DNA of 64,000 nt from NCBI GenBank assembly GCA_965248265.1, contig CBDFJF010000001.1:2624001-2688000 (forward strand). Reading direction: 5' to 3'. The notes below the pieces were generated by a model, which had not been told where the DNA came from, did not search any database, and saw only the letters and a list, made by a program, of their open reading frames with translations. Within the stretch, counting starts at the first letter, position 1, and each line of letters starts with the position of its first letter. This document shows positions 18,533 to 28,796 of this stretch, in pieces. The translations under genes were made by a program, and so were the position numbers. The stretch is from Candidatus Latescibacterota bacterium. GTDB lineage: Bacteria; Latescibacterota; UBA2968; UBA8231.

Positions 18533-21187
18533 TCAGTGTTCGCGTACGGCCTTCAACCGATTGATTGCATCACGCAGTTGCTCCAGCAGAAACGGAGCCA
18601 GCTCCGCCGCTTTTTCTAAATGCGGCAGGGACAGTGAAACATCGGCGTTCAGACGAACCAGGAGTAAGCCGAGGTCGCGATGAATCTGCGCTTGATCGCC
18701 GTCGAGGGAAAGAGATGATTGCCAGTACGTCTGTGCTCGATCGTATTGGCCAGTGCTGTCGCTGAGCGCTCCCAACAGATTGAGGGTGTCCCGGCGTTTG
18801 GCTGTTTCCATTCGTGGCTGCAGTTCCAGCACCCGCTGGAGATGGTCAATCACCCGCGAGTAATCCGTCGCGGCGAAGGCGGCCTGGGCAATCCGGCGAT
18901 GGATCCGTACTTGCGACTCGTCCCACTTCAGGGATTCGTCCCACCATGACAATGCCTGATCGTAGTCGTGCTGTGCTGAGGACAGCTCAGCAAGCGCGTT
19001 GTAACTCTCCGCTGACGGATGCAGCTGTACAGCGAGGTGGTGAACCCGGTAAGCCGATTCGGCGTTGCCCTCGCGTTGCTGAAGCTGGGCCACCAATCCG
19101 TACGCCCGCGCCATTGGGGCATGTGCCTTGGCCGCGAACTGACTCTTGCGCGCAACAGCCTCTTCGAGAACGGCCAGTCCGAGATTGTCGAGTCCGGCGC
19201 TCATCAGGCTGATCGCGGTGGCGGGTGCAACCAGATAGGGAGAGATCGAGGGATCGCCGTAACCGGAGCTGTACCTGTCAGCCGCGGCTGCCGCCAATTC
19301 AGGCCGGTGCAGTAGCTGAAGCAGATAGGCCTCAATCATCGCGGTGAAGCGAAGCTGTGGGTGAGCCTGTTGCAACGCGCGGGTACGCTCGAGTGCGACC
19401 TCGGGATTCCCAACCCCAACCGCCTCAGCGACGCTCATCACGGCCGCGTGTGCGCAATTCTCCTCAGTATGAAATCGCCGCTGCCATGAATCCCAAATCC
19501 GGGAGAACGACTCTGCTTTGCGCAGCACCATAACGGCAGGATGGTCGTAGCCGAGGAATGAGGGTTCAGCCTCGTCGTCCTCGAAGGTGAAACCGGCAAC
19601 CCGGGGATACACCTTGAACCGACGGACGACATCGAAGCCGAGGTTGCCGTTGACCAGATCCGTGTAGAACGCGCTGACAACGGGAAAGAGTTCGGGCACC
19701 GCCGTGAACTGGCGATAGCGATTGACGTCGGTGATGGCGATGAAATCCGCGGCTGCAAGCTGGTGACGCAGGATTCTGGATGTGGCCTGGCAACTGAGAT
19801 AGCCACGGCTGCCGAAGATCACTCCCATGTTGAGACTGACGGTGCGATGGCGCTGTGTGTTCAGGACCCCTTTCATGGAAAAGCCACCGTGTTCGACGGC
19901 GATTCGCGAACGTCGTGGCAGGTTGTCGTCGAGCCAGCGCCTGGCCTCGAGACGGCTGTCTTCAGTCACGTAGACGCGGGCGAAGGCGATGCCGTAGATG
20001 CCCACGTGGGCGAAGATGAAGGCACTCAAAACAAGAGTGCCGTGACGCAAAATCGAGTTTCCGCTGCCGGCGAACCGGCGGACCATGTCTGCGAACAACA
20101 ATGCCAGAAAGGGGAGCATCGGCAGCAGGTAGCGGACATGCTTGGTGTGCAAACCGCCGATCGGGATGAAGTAGAGGACCAGCCACAGCACAAGAAGGGA
20201 TGTCTGCCAGCGCGGCCGCCACAGGGCGTGCCCGATGGAAGCGAGGAAGGCCAGGGTCAGCGGCCAGCCAACTCCCGTGGGCCATAACGTGCTCCAGAAG
20301 TGCAGGTATGGCACGGTGTGGACATCAACCAGCGACCAGGCGCGCAGAAATTCTCCACGGGCAACCCGGACCGAGTATGCCAGATCATCCGGAGTCACCG
20401 ACTGCGCCAGCCTGCCCGGGTCGGTGATGATGTAGGGCTGGATTGCCACCAGCGTGACTACTGCTGCGAGCCCGCACAACCACAGACGCGGGTTCCGTGC
20501 ACGGACGATGAGCCGTCCGAAAACACCTTCCTTCTCTTCCTCGCTAGCCGGTCGTGATAGATGTATGGCGAGCAGGATGAGTCCGATCAGCAACCCATTC
20601 AGGCGCACGGCTCCGGCCGCGCCAACCAGGGCACCACACAACAGGTAGGATCGCAGATCGTCGCGCTCCGAAGCGACCAGTATCCTGTAGACGGCGGCGA
20701 CAACGATCAACGTGAAGATCCCGTCGACGGTATAGAAGTGTGCTTGCTGCACGGCCAATGGCGCTACGGCCACGACGATCACTGCGATGCAGGCGGTAGC
20801 ACGGCCGAAATAGCGTCGACCGCAGACCCACAGCAGCCACAGCGTCAGACAGGACAGCAGGGCCGAAAGCGTTCGCACGGAGATGACGGCGAGTCGTTGA
20901 CCGGATGCCGTAGCCAGATCGGCCGGGTACCCGGCAACCAGGCTACCGGCTTTCAGGGCTGCCGCGGCCAGGTAGATCGGCAACAGGCCGTAGGCTGTCA
21001 GCGGGGGGTCAGTCGGGTCTTGCAGGCGGTGAGCTGCCTCGATGAGCGTCTGCTGGTCGGGATGGAAATGATGGAACCCACCATTTTCGAGGTCACCGCG
21101 AGTGAGCCCTACGAAGCGCAACACACACCCCAATACCACAGCTGCACACAATACAGGGATCAGGGCTGCTTTGAGTCTCTGCTCCAC
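18533..21187 (-). CDS. GT-C (PMT/ArnT, GT39-like) glycosyltransferase fused to C-terminal TPRs
   Basis: LRFVGL...FHPDQ, HFYTVD, RYLLPMLPFL, YDHP, followed by several TPR repeats. Confidence 0.8.
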   Translation of the reverse strand: MEQRLKAALIPVLCAAVVLGCVLRFVGLTRGDLENGGFHHFHPDQQTLIEAAHRLQDPTDPPLTAYGLLPIYLAAAALKAGSLVAGYPADLATASGQRLAVISVRTLSALLSCLTLWLLWVCGRRYFGRATACIAVIVVAVAPLAVQQAHFYTVDGIFTLIVVAAVYRILVASERDDLRSYLLCGALVGAAGAVRLNGLLIGLILLAIHLSRPASEEEKEGVFGRLIVRARNPRLWLCGLAAVVTLVAIQPYIITDPGRLAQSVTPDDLAYSVRVARGEFLRAWSLVDVHTVPYLHFWSTLWPTGVGWPLTLAFLASIGHALWRPRWQTSLLVLWLVLYFIPIGGLHTKHVRYLLPMLPFLALLFADMVRRFAGSGNSILRHGTLVLSAFIFAHVGIYGIAFARVYVTEDSRLEARRWLDDNLPRRSRIAVEHGGFSMKGVLNTQRHRTVSLNMGVIFGSRGYLSCQATSRILRHQLAAADFIAITDVNRYRQFTAVPELFPVVSAFYTDLVNGNLGFDVVRRFKVYPRVAGFTFEDDEAEPSFLGYDHPAVMVLRKAESFSRIWDSWQRRFHTEENCAHAAVMSVAEAVGVGNPEVALERTRALQQAHPQLRFTAMIEAYLLQLLHRPELAAAAADRYSSGYGDPSISPYLVAPATAISLMSAGLDNLGLAVLEEAVARKSQFAAKAHAPMARAYGLVAQLQQREGNAESAYRVHHLAVQLHPSAESYNALAELSSAQHDYDQALSWWDESLKWDESQVRIHRRIAQAAFAATDYSRVIDHLQRVLELQPRMETAKRRDTLNLLGALSDSTGQYDRAQTYWQSSLSLDGDQAQIHRDLGLLLVRLNADVSLSLPHLEKAAELAPFLLEQLRDAINRLKAVREH

Positions 21188-21278
21188 ACTCTATTCTCGC
21201 TTGATTCGCGTTGACGCTTCGTTGGGCCGCGTCTTATGTTGGCCGCCGCATGAAATCTACGACAGGACGGTCAAAGCG

Positions 21279-22652
21279 TTGAAAATCGATCGCCGTATCA
21301 ACCCCAGACTACTACAGCCCGTACTCGCGCAATTCCTCGACCTGGCCGGTGGCAAGATTACACGACTCGCCGACCAGTGGGACCCTGGCCGGGGTACGCC
21401 GGTGTTTACGGTGAGCGGTCGCTACTCCACGCGGGGATGGACCGAGTGGACTCAGGGATTCCAGTACGGCTGTGCCATTCTGCAGTTCGACATGACGGGA
21501 GATGAGCGTTTCCTCGAGATCGGCCGCTCGATGACGGTCGAGCACATGGCCCCCCACGTGTCCCACGTTGGCGTGCACGATCACGGCTTCAACAACCTAT
21601 CGACCTACGGCAACCTGTGGCGTTTGATGACGGAGCGGCGAATCCCCTTCGATCGAGCCGAGCTCGACTTTTACGAACTGGCCCTCAAGGTTTCGGGTGC
21701 CGTGCAGGCTGCACGTTGGAGCACCACAGCGGACGGCGGGGGTTATATCTATTCCTTCAACGGCCCGCAGTCCCTGTTCTCAGATACGATGCGATCACTG
21801 CGCAGCCTCATCGTTGCGCACCAACTCGGCCATGCTCTGATGGCGGAAAATGATTCTGCCGTGAACTTGCAGCAACGCGCGGTCGACCATGCCATGGCGA
21901 CGCTTCAGTACAACGTGTACTACGGTGCGGCGAGAGACGCATTCGACGTGCCAGGCCGCGTGGCTCATGAGTCGATCTTCAACGTTGCCGATGGCAATTA
22001 CCGCTGCCCGAGTACCCAACAGGGCTACTCCCCGTTTTCGACCTGGACTCGTGGCCTGGCCTGGATCCTGTGTGGTTGTGCCGAGCAGCTCGAGTACCTG
22101 TCCAGGACGAAAACGAAAGACTGGAGTGTTTCACTCAACAAGGCTCGGGTCGTCGCCGCCCTCAAGAAGGCAGCCATGGCCGTGGCTGAATTCCATATCC
22201 GCAACAGCTTCGCCGACGGGATTCCGTTCTGGGACACCGGCGCCCCCGGAGTAGCGCAGTTCGGCGACATCCGGCTTCACCCCTCCGATCCACACAATGA
22301 CATCGAGTCCCTCGACAGTTCGGCGGCCGCCATCTGTGCCCAGGGGTATCTGCGGTTGGGTAACTATCTGGTGTCCCGGGGTGACCGCAAGAACGGGGCC
22401 CGCTACCGGTCGGCCGCATGGACGATCGCGCAGGCACTGTTCAGCGAGCCCTACCTGTCGACGGACCCGCGTCACCAGGGACTGGTGTTGCACTCCATCT
22501 ACCACAACCCCAACGGTTGGGATCACATTCCTCGCGGTCGTAAAATCGCCTGCGGAGAATCGTCGATGTGGGGAGACTATCACGCCATGGAACTGGCGCT
22601 GTTGATCAAAAGGGAAGCGGAGGACGGACCCTATCCCCGATTCTTTTCATAG
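21279..22652 (+). CDS. Glycoside hydrolase family 88 (unsaturated glucuronyl hydrolase-like)
   Basis: WTEWTQGF, HDHGF, WTRGLAW, DSSAAAI, WGDY; TTG start after AGGA. Confidence 0.8.
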   Translation: MKIDRRINPRLLQPVLAQFLDLAGGKITRLADQWDPGRGTPVFTVSGRYSTRGWTEWTQGFQYGCAILQFDMTGDERFLEIGRSMTVEHMAPHVSHVGVHDHGFNNLSTYGNLWRLMTERRIPFDRAELDFYELALKVSGAVQAARWSTTADGGGYIYSFNGPQSLFSDTMRSLRSLIVAHQLGHALMAENDSAVNLQQRAVDHAMATLQYNVYYGAARDAFDVPGRVAHESIFNVADGNYRCPSTQQGYSPFSTWTRGLAWILCGCAEQLEYLSRTKTKDWSVSLNKARVVAALKKAAMAVAEFHIRNSFADGIPFWDTGAPGVAQFGDIRLHPSDPHNDIESLDSSAAAICAQGYLRLGNYLVSRGDRKNGARYRSAAWTIAQALFSEPYLSTDPRHQGLVLHSIYHNPNGWDHIPRGRKIACGESSMWGDYHAMELALLIKREAEDGPYPRFFS

Positions 22653-22664
22653 GAGGCCGGCCAC

Positions 22665-23204
22665 ATGCTGAAGATTGAAAATACCGCTCTGATATTGATC
22701 GATGTACAAGGCAAGCTCGCCGGCCTGATGCATGAAAAGGAGGAGCTCTTCCGCAATCTGGAGATCCTCATACGCGGGGCCGAGGCACTCGACTTGCCGA
22801 TTCTGTGGTTGGAACAATATCCCCAGGGATTGGGACCGACGGTGCCGGAAGTTGCCCAGCTGTTGGGGGATCGCAAGCCGATCGAGAAAACCTGCTTCAG
22901 TGCCTGTGGCAATGATGAGTTCCGGAGGCAGCTGCAGAATTGTGGCCGTCGTCAGTTGCTCGTGGCCGGCATCGAGACCCACATCTGCGTCTACCAGACG
23001 GCCAGGCACCTTCTACACGAAGACTATCACGTAGAGGTCGTCGGCGACGCCGTGTCCTCGCGGACGGCTCAGAGCAAGGCCCTGGGCCTCGAGAAGATGG
23101 CCGGTGCTGGAGCCCAGGTGTCCTCGGTGGAAATGGCCTTGTTCGAGTTGCTGGAGGAAGCGGGAACCCCGCAGTTCAAGACGATAGCTCGATTGGTAAA
23201 GTGA
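22665..23204 (+). CDS. Isochorismatase-like cysteine hydrolase
   Basis: IDVQ, EQYPQGLGPT, K..FSA, GIETHICVYQT. Confidence 0.9.
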   Translation: MLKIENTALILIDVQGKLAGLMHEKEELFRNLEILIRGAEALDLPILWLEQYPQGLGPTVPEVAQLLGDRKPIEKTCFSACGNDEFRRQLQNCGRRQLLVAGIETHICVYQTARHLLHEDYHVEVVGDAVSSRTAQSKALGLEKMAGAGAQVSSVEMALFELLEEAGTPQFKTIARLVK

Positions 23205-23294
23205 TAGCGAGCTGGGTGGGCTTCGAGGCTACCCGACTCGTCGTTTATCCGAAAATTCGCGAATTCGGAGCCGTGGACCATTGCAGTTTTTCTC

Positions 23295-25979
23295 TCAACT
23301 GGCCATGCGACGTAGGACCGTGTGGAGAATGCCACCATTGCGGTAGTAGTTGATCTCGACCGGCGTATCGATGCGGCATATGGTCGTGAAGCGAGTCTCA
23401 CCGCCCTGACCTCGGGCGACCACTTCGACCTCCTGACCGGGTTGCAGGTCATTGTCCAGGCCGGCGATGTCGAACTCTTCTTCTCCGGTCAACCCCAACT
23501 GCTCGCGCCCCTCTCCGTCACGAAACTGCAGCGGCAACACACCCATTCCAATCAGATTGGACCGGTGAATGCGCTCGAAGCTCTCGGCGATAGCCGCCTT
23601 CAAGCCCTGGAGAAAGGGGCCCTTGGCTGCCCAGTCGCGGCTCGACCCGGAGCCGTACTCTTTTCCGGCCAGCACGATCAGCGGTATGCCCTCGTCTGCG
23701 TAACGCATCGCCGCATCGTAAATGGACATCTGGTCCCCGGTAGGAAGGTATCGCGTGTAGCCACCTTCAACGCCGGGTACCAGCTCGTTGCGAATGCGAA
23801 TGTTGGCGAAGGTACCCCTTACCATGATGTCGTGATTGCCACGACGTGAACCGTAACTGTTCCATTCCTTGCGCTCGACCCCATGCTCTTCCAGGTACTT
23901 GGCCGCGGGCGAGTCCTGGGCGATCGAACCGGCCGGTGATATGTGATCGGTGGTGACACTGTCAGCCAGCTTGGCCAGAACGCGCGCGCCCTGAATCGGG
24001 GTTATGGAAGGTACTTCGCCCGTCAGCCCCTCGAAAAAGGTGGGCCGGCGGATGTAGGTGCTGTCGTCTGCCCAACGATAACGTTCTCCCTCAGGTACGT
24101 TGATCGCATTCCAGGTCTCGTTGGCGTGGAAAACCTCGGAGTATTCTTGCTCGAACATCTCCGGGCGCACCGAACGCTCGACCTCCTCGCGAATCTCATC
24201 CTGGTCCGGCCAGATGTCGCGCAGGAAGACAGGATCACCTGAGCTGGAGGTGCCGATGGGTTCGACCTCGAAGTCGATGTCGGCGCGACCAGCCAGGGCG
24301 AAGGCGACGACGAGGGGTGGTGAGGCCAGATAGTTCGCGCGCGTCAGCGGATGCACCCGGCCTTCGAAGTTGCGGTTCCCACTGAGTACACTGCAGACCA
24401 CCAGGTCGTTGTCGCTGATGCCATTCTCGATAGGCTCTGCCAGCGGTCCTGAATTACCTATACAAGTCGTACAGCCGTAGCCGACCGTGTGGAAACCCAG
24501 CTGTTCGAGCGCATCCGTCAGTCCTGCTGCTTCCAGATAGCGGGTGACGACGCGCGAACCGGGTGCCAGGCTCGTCTTCACATACGATGGCACCTGCAAC
24601 CCTTTGGCCACGGCGTTGCGAGCCAGTATCGCAGCACCCAACATGACAGATGGATTACTTGTGTTGGTACAAGACGTGATGGCGGCCAGGACCACGGCGC
24701 CCTCTGGAAGCGCAGTCTTTGCGCCCTCGATCTCGACGTCGATGGTTTTCCTTTCGTCATTCGCACGCCCGGAGAACTGCGTGAAGGCGGTATCGAAAGC
24801 CGGTTTCATGGCGTTCAGGGGAATGCGATCCTGAGGCCGCGTCGGTCCTGCCAGGCTGGGCTCGATGCTGTTCATGTCCAGACTCAACGTCTCGCTGAAG
24901 ACGGGATCCGGATCGTCGGCACTGTAGAGCATACCCTGAGCTTCGGCGAAGGTTCGTACACGCTCGACGATTTGATTACTGCGTCCCGTTTGTTTGAGGT
25001 AGTTGAGAGTTTCTTCGTCGACGGGGAACAGGCCAACGGTTGCGCCGTACTCGGGAGCCATATTGGCGATCGTGGCGCGGTCGGCGAGGCTGAGCTTACT
25101 CACGCCGGGACCGTAAAATTCAACGAACTTGCCGACGACCCCGTGTTGGCGCAGCTGCTGAACGACAGTCAGCACCAAGTCGGTCGCGGTGGTACCGACG
25201 GGTAGTTCACCATCAAGGCGAAAACCAACCACGTGCGGCAACAGCATGTAGATCGGTTGCCCGAGCATGACCGCTTCCGCTTCGATGCCACCTACACCCC
25301 ACCCAACAACACCCAGGCCGTTAATCATAGTAGTATGGCTGTCCGTGCCGACCAGACTGTCGGGCAGCAACACCTGACCCGATTCGGATTGCTGTGACTG
25401 CACGACCGGAGCCAGGTACTCCAGATTCACCTGGTGCACGATGCCGGTCGCCGGCGGCACGACACGGAAGTTGTCGAACGCCTCCTGCCCCCAACGCAGG
25501 AATTCGTAACGCTCGCCGTTGCGAATAAACTCGCGTTCGGCATTCAGTTCCAGCGCCTTGCGAAGTCCGTAGTAATCGACCTGCACGGAGTGATCGATGA
25601 CCAGATCGACCGGGATCTGCGGATTGACCTTGGTCGGGTCTCCTCCCAGCTCAGCCATTGCATCCCGCATGGCGGCAAGATCGACGACGGCCGGCACACC
25701 GGTAAAATCCTGCATGACGACGCGGGCAGGCTTGAAGGGAATTTCCTCCTTGCCGGCGGTTTCGGGACTCCACCGGGCAACCCGCTCGACGTCCTCACGG
25801 CTGATCTCAAAACCGTCGCACTGCCGCAGCGCCGCTTCAAGGAGCACCTTGATGGAATAGGGCAGACGGCCGACAGCAGCGACGCCGTCCTCTTCCAGTT
25901 TGCCTATCCTGTATATGGTTGCTCGTTCACCGGCCACCTCTACCGTGGTCCTGGTCCCAAAGGTGTCTTCACTGGCCAT
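23295..25979 (-). CDS. acnA: Aconitate hydratase A
   Basis: [42 protein letters not shown]. Confidence 0.97.
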   Translation of the reverse strand: MASEDTFGTRTTVEVAGERATIYRIGKLEEDGVAAVGRLPYSIKVLLEAALRQCDGFEISREDVERVARWSPETAGKEEIPFKPARVVMQDFTGVPAVVDLAAMRDAMAELGGDPTKVNPQIPVDLVIDHSVQVDYYGLRKALELNAEREFIRNGERYEFLRWGQEAFDNFRVVPPATGIVHQVNLEYLAPVVQSQQSESGQVLLPDSLVGTDSHTTMINGLGVVGWGVGGIEAEAVMLGQPIYMLLPHVVGFRLDGELPVGTTATDLVLTVVQQLRQHGVVGKFVEFYGPGVSKLSLADRATIANMAPEYGATVGLFPVDEETLNYLKQTGRSNQIVERVRTFAEAQGMLYSADDPDPVFSETLSLDMNSIEPSLAGPTRPQDRIPLNAMKPAFDTAFTQFSGRANDERKTIDVEIEGAKTALPEGAVVLAAITSCTNTSNPSVMLGAAILARNAVAKGLQVPSYVKTSLAPGSRVVTRYLEAAGLTDALEQLGFHTVGYGCTTCIGNSGPLAEPIENGISDNDLVVCSVLSGNRNFEGRVHPLTRANYLASPPLVVAFALAGRADIDFEVEPIGTSSSGDPVFLRDIWPDQDEIREEVERSVRPEMFEQEYSEVFHANETWNAINVPEGERYRWADDSTYIRRPTFFEGLTGEVPSITPIQGARVLAKLADSVTTDHISPAGSIAQDSPAAKYLEEHGVERKEWNSYGSRRGNHDIMVRGTFANIRIRNELVPGVEGGYTRYLPTGDQMSIYDAAMRYADEGIPLIVLAGKEYGSGSSRDWAAKGPFLQGLKAAIAESFERIHRSNLIGMGVLPLQFRDGEGREQLGLTGEEEFDIAGLDNDLQPGQEVEVVARGQGGETRFTTICRIDTPVEINYYRNGGILHTVLRRMAS

Positions 25980-26095
25980 GTCGGTTCCTCTTGTCGAATT
26001 CGATTACAATGCGCCAACGGGCTAATTTCCCCAGATCTGGCCCTCAGGTCCAGACTCGACCAGCAGCATCCACCGAATAGCTGAGCCGACTCACT

Positions 26096-27907
26096 TTGAA
26101 GAGCCTACCCGAATTTCTCTCCGTTTTGCGCCGTGAAGGCGAATTGGTCGAAGTCGACGCATCCGTCGATGCCGATTTGGAACTGGCTGAAATTCACCGG
26201 CGGGTCGTCGCCTGTGGGGGCCCTGCCCTGCTTTTCAAAGGGGTCAAGGGCGCTGATTTCCCATGCGTGACCAACCTGTTCGGCACCGATCGTCGCGTCG
26301 AACTCGCCTTTGGGCCGCGCCCGGAAAACTTCCTCAGGCAGGTCGTGGAGTTGGCCCATGAGCTGCCATCCCTGTCCGTGGGCAAACTGTGGGGTCATCG
26401 AAATCTGGCCCGGCAGGGGCTGCGGGTCGGGCTCAAGTCCGTCAGCAATGGCCCGGTCATGGAGTGCCGGCAGGATCCCGTCGATCTCGGACGACTGCCG
26501 CTGACGAAATCATGGCCGCAAGACGGCGGCAGCTTCTTCACCCTGGGTCTCGTCTACACCGAGCACCCGATCACCGGTCACCACAACCTGGGACTCTACC
26601 GGCTGCAGCGGCACGACGCCCAGACCACCGGAGTGCACTGGCAGATCCAGAAGGGGGGCGGCTTCCACCACTACGAGGCCGAGCGCCGCGACCAGGCGCT
26701 GCCCCTCACCGTCTTCCTCGGCGGGCCACCTGCCCTGATCATGGCCGCGATCGCGCCGCTCCCGGAGAATGTGCCGGAGCTGATTCTCGCATCACTGCTG
26801 CAAGGCGAGCGCATGCGCCGGGTTCGCAACCCTGGTGGCTCCCACCCTTTGATCGCTGAGGCAGATTTTGCCTTACACGGGACTGTCCCGCCGCATGTGC
26901 GCCGGCCGGAGGGTCCGTTCGGGGATCACTACGGTTACTACTCCCTCAAGCATGACTACCCGGTACTGGAAGTATCCAGCATCCATCATCGCCGCAACGC
27001 CGTGCTTCCTGCCACCGTCGTCGGCAAACCGCCGCAGGAAGACCTCTATCTCGGTAACTACATCCAACGACTGATGGCGCCCTTGAGCCGGCTGGTGATG
27101 CCGTCGATCGAGGCCATCTGGAGCTATGGGGAGACCGGGTACCACTGCCTCTCCAGCATTGTCGTTTCGGAGCGCTATCCCCGTGAGGCCATGAAGTTTG
27201 CCTTCCGCATTCTGGGAGAAGACGGCGGACAACTGGCGTTGACCAAATTTCTCGTCATCGTCGACGGCTCAGTGGACCTGGCCGATTTCAGGCAAGTAAT
27301 GGAGCATGTCCTCAAGCGCATCCACTTCGAGACCGACCTGTTCATTTTCGCCAACCTGGCCATGGACAGCCTCGACTACAGCGGTCCAGCCGTTAACGAG
27401 GGCAGCAAGGGTATCCTTATCGGTGTGGGTGAGCCTTGCCGGCAGTTGCCACGGGCCTTTTCCGCCTCGCCTCCTGGCGGTGCACGCCGGATCGAGGCCT
27501 ACTGCGGAGGGTGCCTCGTCGTCGAGGGTCCAGCCTACGAACAAGATCGAGAGTACCCGCAGCATCTGGCCACGGATAAGGCGGTGGCGGATTGGCCGCT
27601 CATCTTCCTCGTCGACGACGCCAGCATCGTCGACAGTAATGTGCGGTTCCTGTGGACAACCTTTACACGGTTTGAGCCGGCAGCCGACATCTACGCTGCC
27701 GCAACACGTACCCACCGGCACCACGAGTGTCTGACGGCCCCTGTCGTCATCGACTGTCGCATGAAACCGGGGTACCCCGATGAGCTCGTGACGGACGACG
27801 AGATTCTCCAACGTGTGACTCGTCGTTGGGGGGAGTACTTCCCTGATGGTAATGTCGACGGGGTCGAGGATGCCATGGGTTATTCGGGATTCAAGCGATT
27901 GAGTTGA
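26096..27907 (+). CDS. UbiD-family prFMN-dependent decarboxylase (long form, possibly futalosine-pathway type)
   Basis: NLGLYRLQ, EGPFGDHYGYY, GKPPQED; 603 aa. Confidence 0.88.
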   Translation: MKSLPEFLSVLRREGELVEVDASVDADLELAEIHRRVVACGGPALLFKGVKGADFPCVTNLFGTDRRVELAFGPRPENFLRQVVELAHELPSLSVGKLWGHRNLARQGLRVGLKSVSNGPVMECRQDPVDLGRLPLTKSWPQDGGSFFTLGLVYTEHPITGHHNLGLYRLQRHDAQTTGVHWQIQKGGGFHHYEAERRDQALPLTVFLGGPPALIMAAIAPLPENVPELILASLLQGERMRRVRNPGGSHPLIAEADFALHGTVPPHVRRPEGPFGDHYGYYSLKHDYPVLEVSSIHHRRNAVLPATVVGKPPQEDLYLGNYIQRLMAPLSRLVMPSIEAIWSYGETGYHCLSSIVVSERYPREAMKFAFRILGEDGGQLALTKFLVIVDGSVDLADFRQVMEHVLKRIHFETDLFIFANLAMDSLDYSGPAVNEGSKGILIGVGEPCRQLPRAFSASPPGGARRIEAYCGGCLVVEGPAYEQDREYPQHLATDKAVADWPLIFLVDDASIVDSNVRFLWTTFTRFEPAADIYAAATRTHRHHECLTAPVVIDCRMKPGYPDELVTDDEILQRVTRRWGEYFPDGNVDGVEDAMGYSGFKRLS

Positions 27908-27920
27908 AGGGGAGAGCATC

Positions 27921-28796
27921 ATGAAGTTGTCTCTGTCCGTCCGCGTGGCCGAGAAGTTCAGTTCCAAGCGCGACGCCGACATGACGTTGTCCGAACTCGC
28001 CGATGTGGCGGTGACAGAGGGCTTTCACGCCCTGTGCATGCGGGCTTCGCAGGTCGGCACCCACAGTTCGACAGAGGAGGTGATCGAAGCCCGTCGCGTG
28101 CTCGAAACGCGCGGCCTCGGCTGCTCCATGGTCACGGGGGATTTTGTCATTCCGGAGAACACCGATGAGGGACCTCTGGCGCTCCGCGACATCCGGCCCT
28201 ATCTGGATCTGGCTGCGGCCCTCGATTGCGACCTGCTGCGCATCTGTATGAAGGAGGAAGCGGATATTGAATGGGCCCAGCGGGCAGCCGATGAGGCCGC
28301 AGAGAGAAGTATCCGGCTGGCGCATCAGTGTCACACCCGCAGCGTCTTCGAACTCGTCGATCGATCAGTGGAAGTCCTGCGTCAGGTAAACCGGTCCAAC
28401 TTCGGGCTCATCTACGAACCGGCCAATCTGGAGCTGTGCGGAGAGGACTTCGGTCCGCAGACGATCGCCCGGTTCGCACCCTACATCTTCAACGTCTACC
28501 TGCAGAATCACCGCTTGAACCCGCAGGGTGCCAGCAGTCTGGAAACCTGGGCAAGGGGTAGTGTCGGTTTCGATCAGATCCCCATATGGGAAACGGGCGG
28601 TATCGATTTGGGGCCGGTGTTCGACGCCCTGAGCCTTGCCGAGTACGATGGCTTCGTGACCGTGCACCAGGCATCCGCTGCGTTGGGCGGTGGCGTTGAG
28701 GCCGCGCGCCAGTCAGGCCGGTTCCTGCGCACGGCCGCCGATTTTGATCCACCAACAGAACTCTCCCACCCGACCTCGGAGCCCGAATCATCATGA
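27921..28796 (+). CDS. Sugar-phosphate isomerase/epimerase (xylose-isomerase-like TIM barrel)
   Basis: AP_endonuc_2-like pattern (NFGLIYEPAN, YDGFVTVH). Confidence 0.7.
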   Translation: MKLSLSVRVAEKFSSKRDADMTLSELADVAVTEGFHALCMRASQVGTHSSTEEVIEARRVLETRGLGCSMVTGDFVIPENTDEGPLALRDIRPYLDLAAALDCDLLRICMKEEADIEWAQRAADEAAERSIRLAHQCHTRSVFELVDRSVEVLRQVNRSNFGLIYEPANLELCGEDFGPQTIARFAPYIFNVYLQNHRLNPQGASSLETWARGSVGFDQIPIWETGGIDLGPVFDALSLAEYDGFVTVHQASAALGGGVEAARQSGRFLRTAADFDPPTELSHPTSEPESS

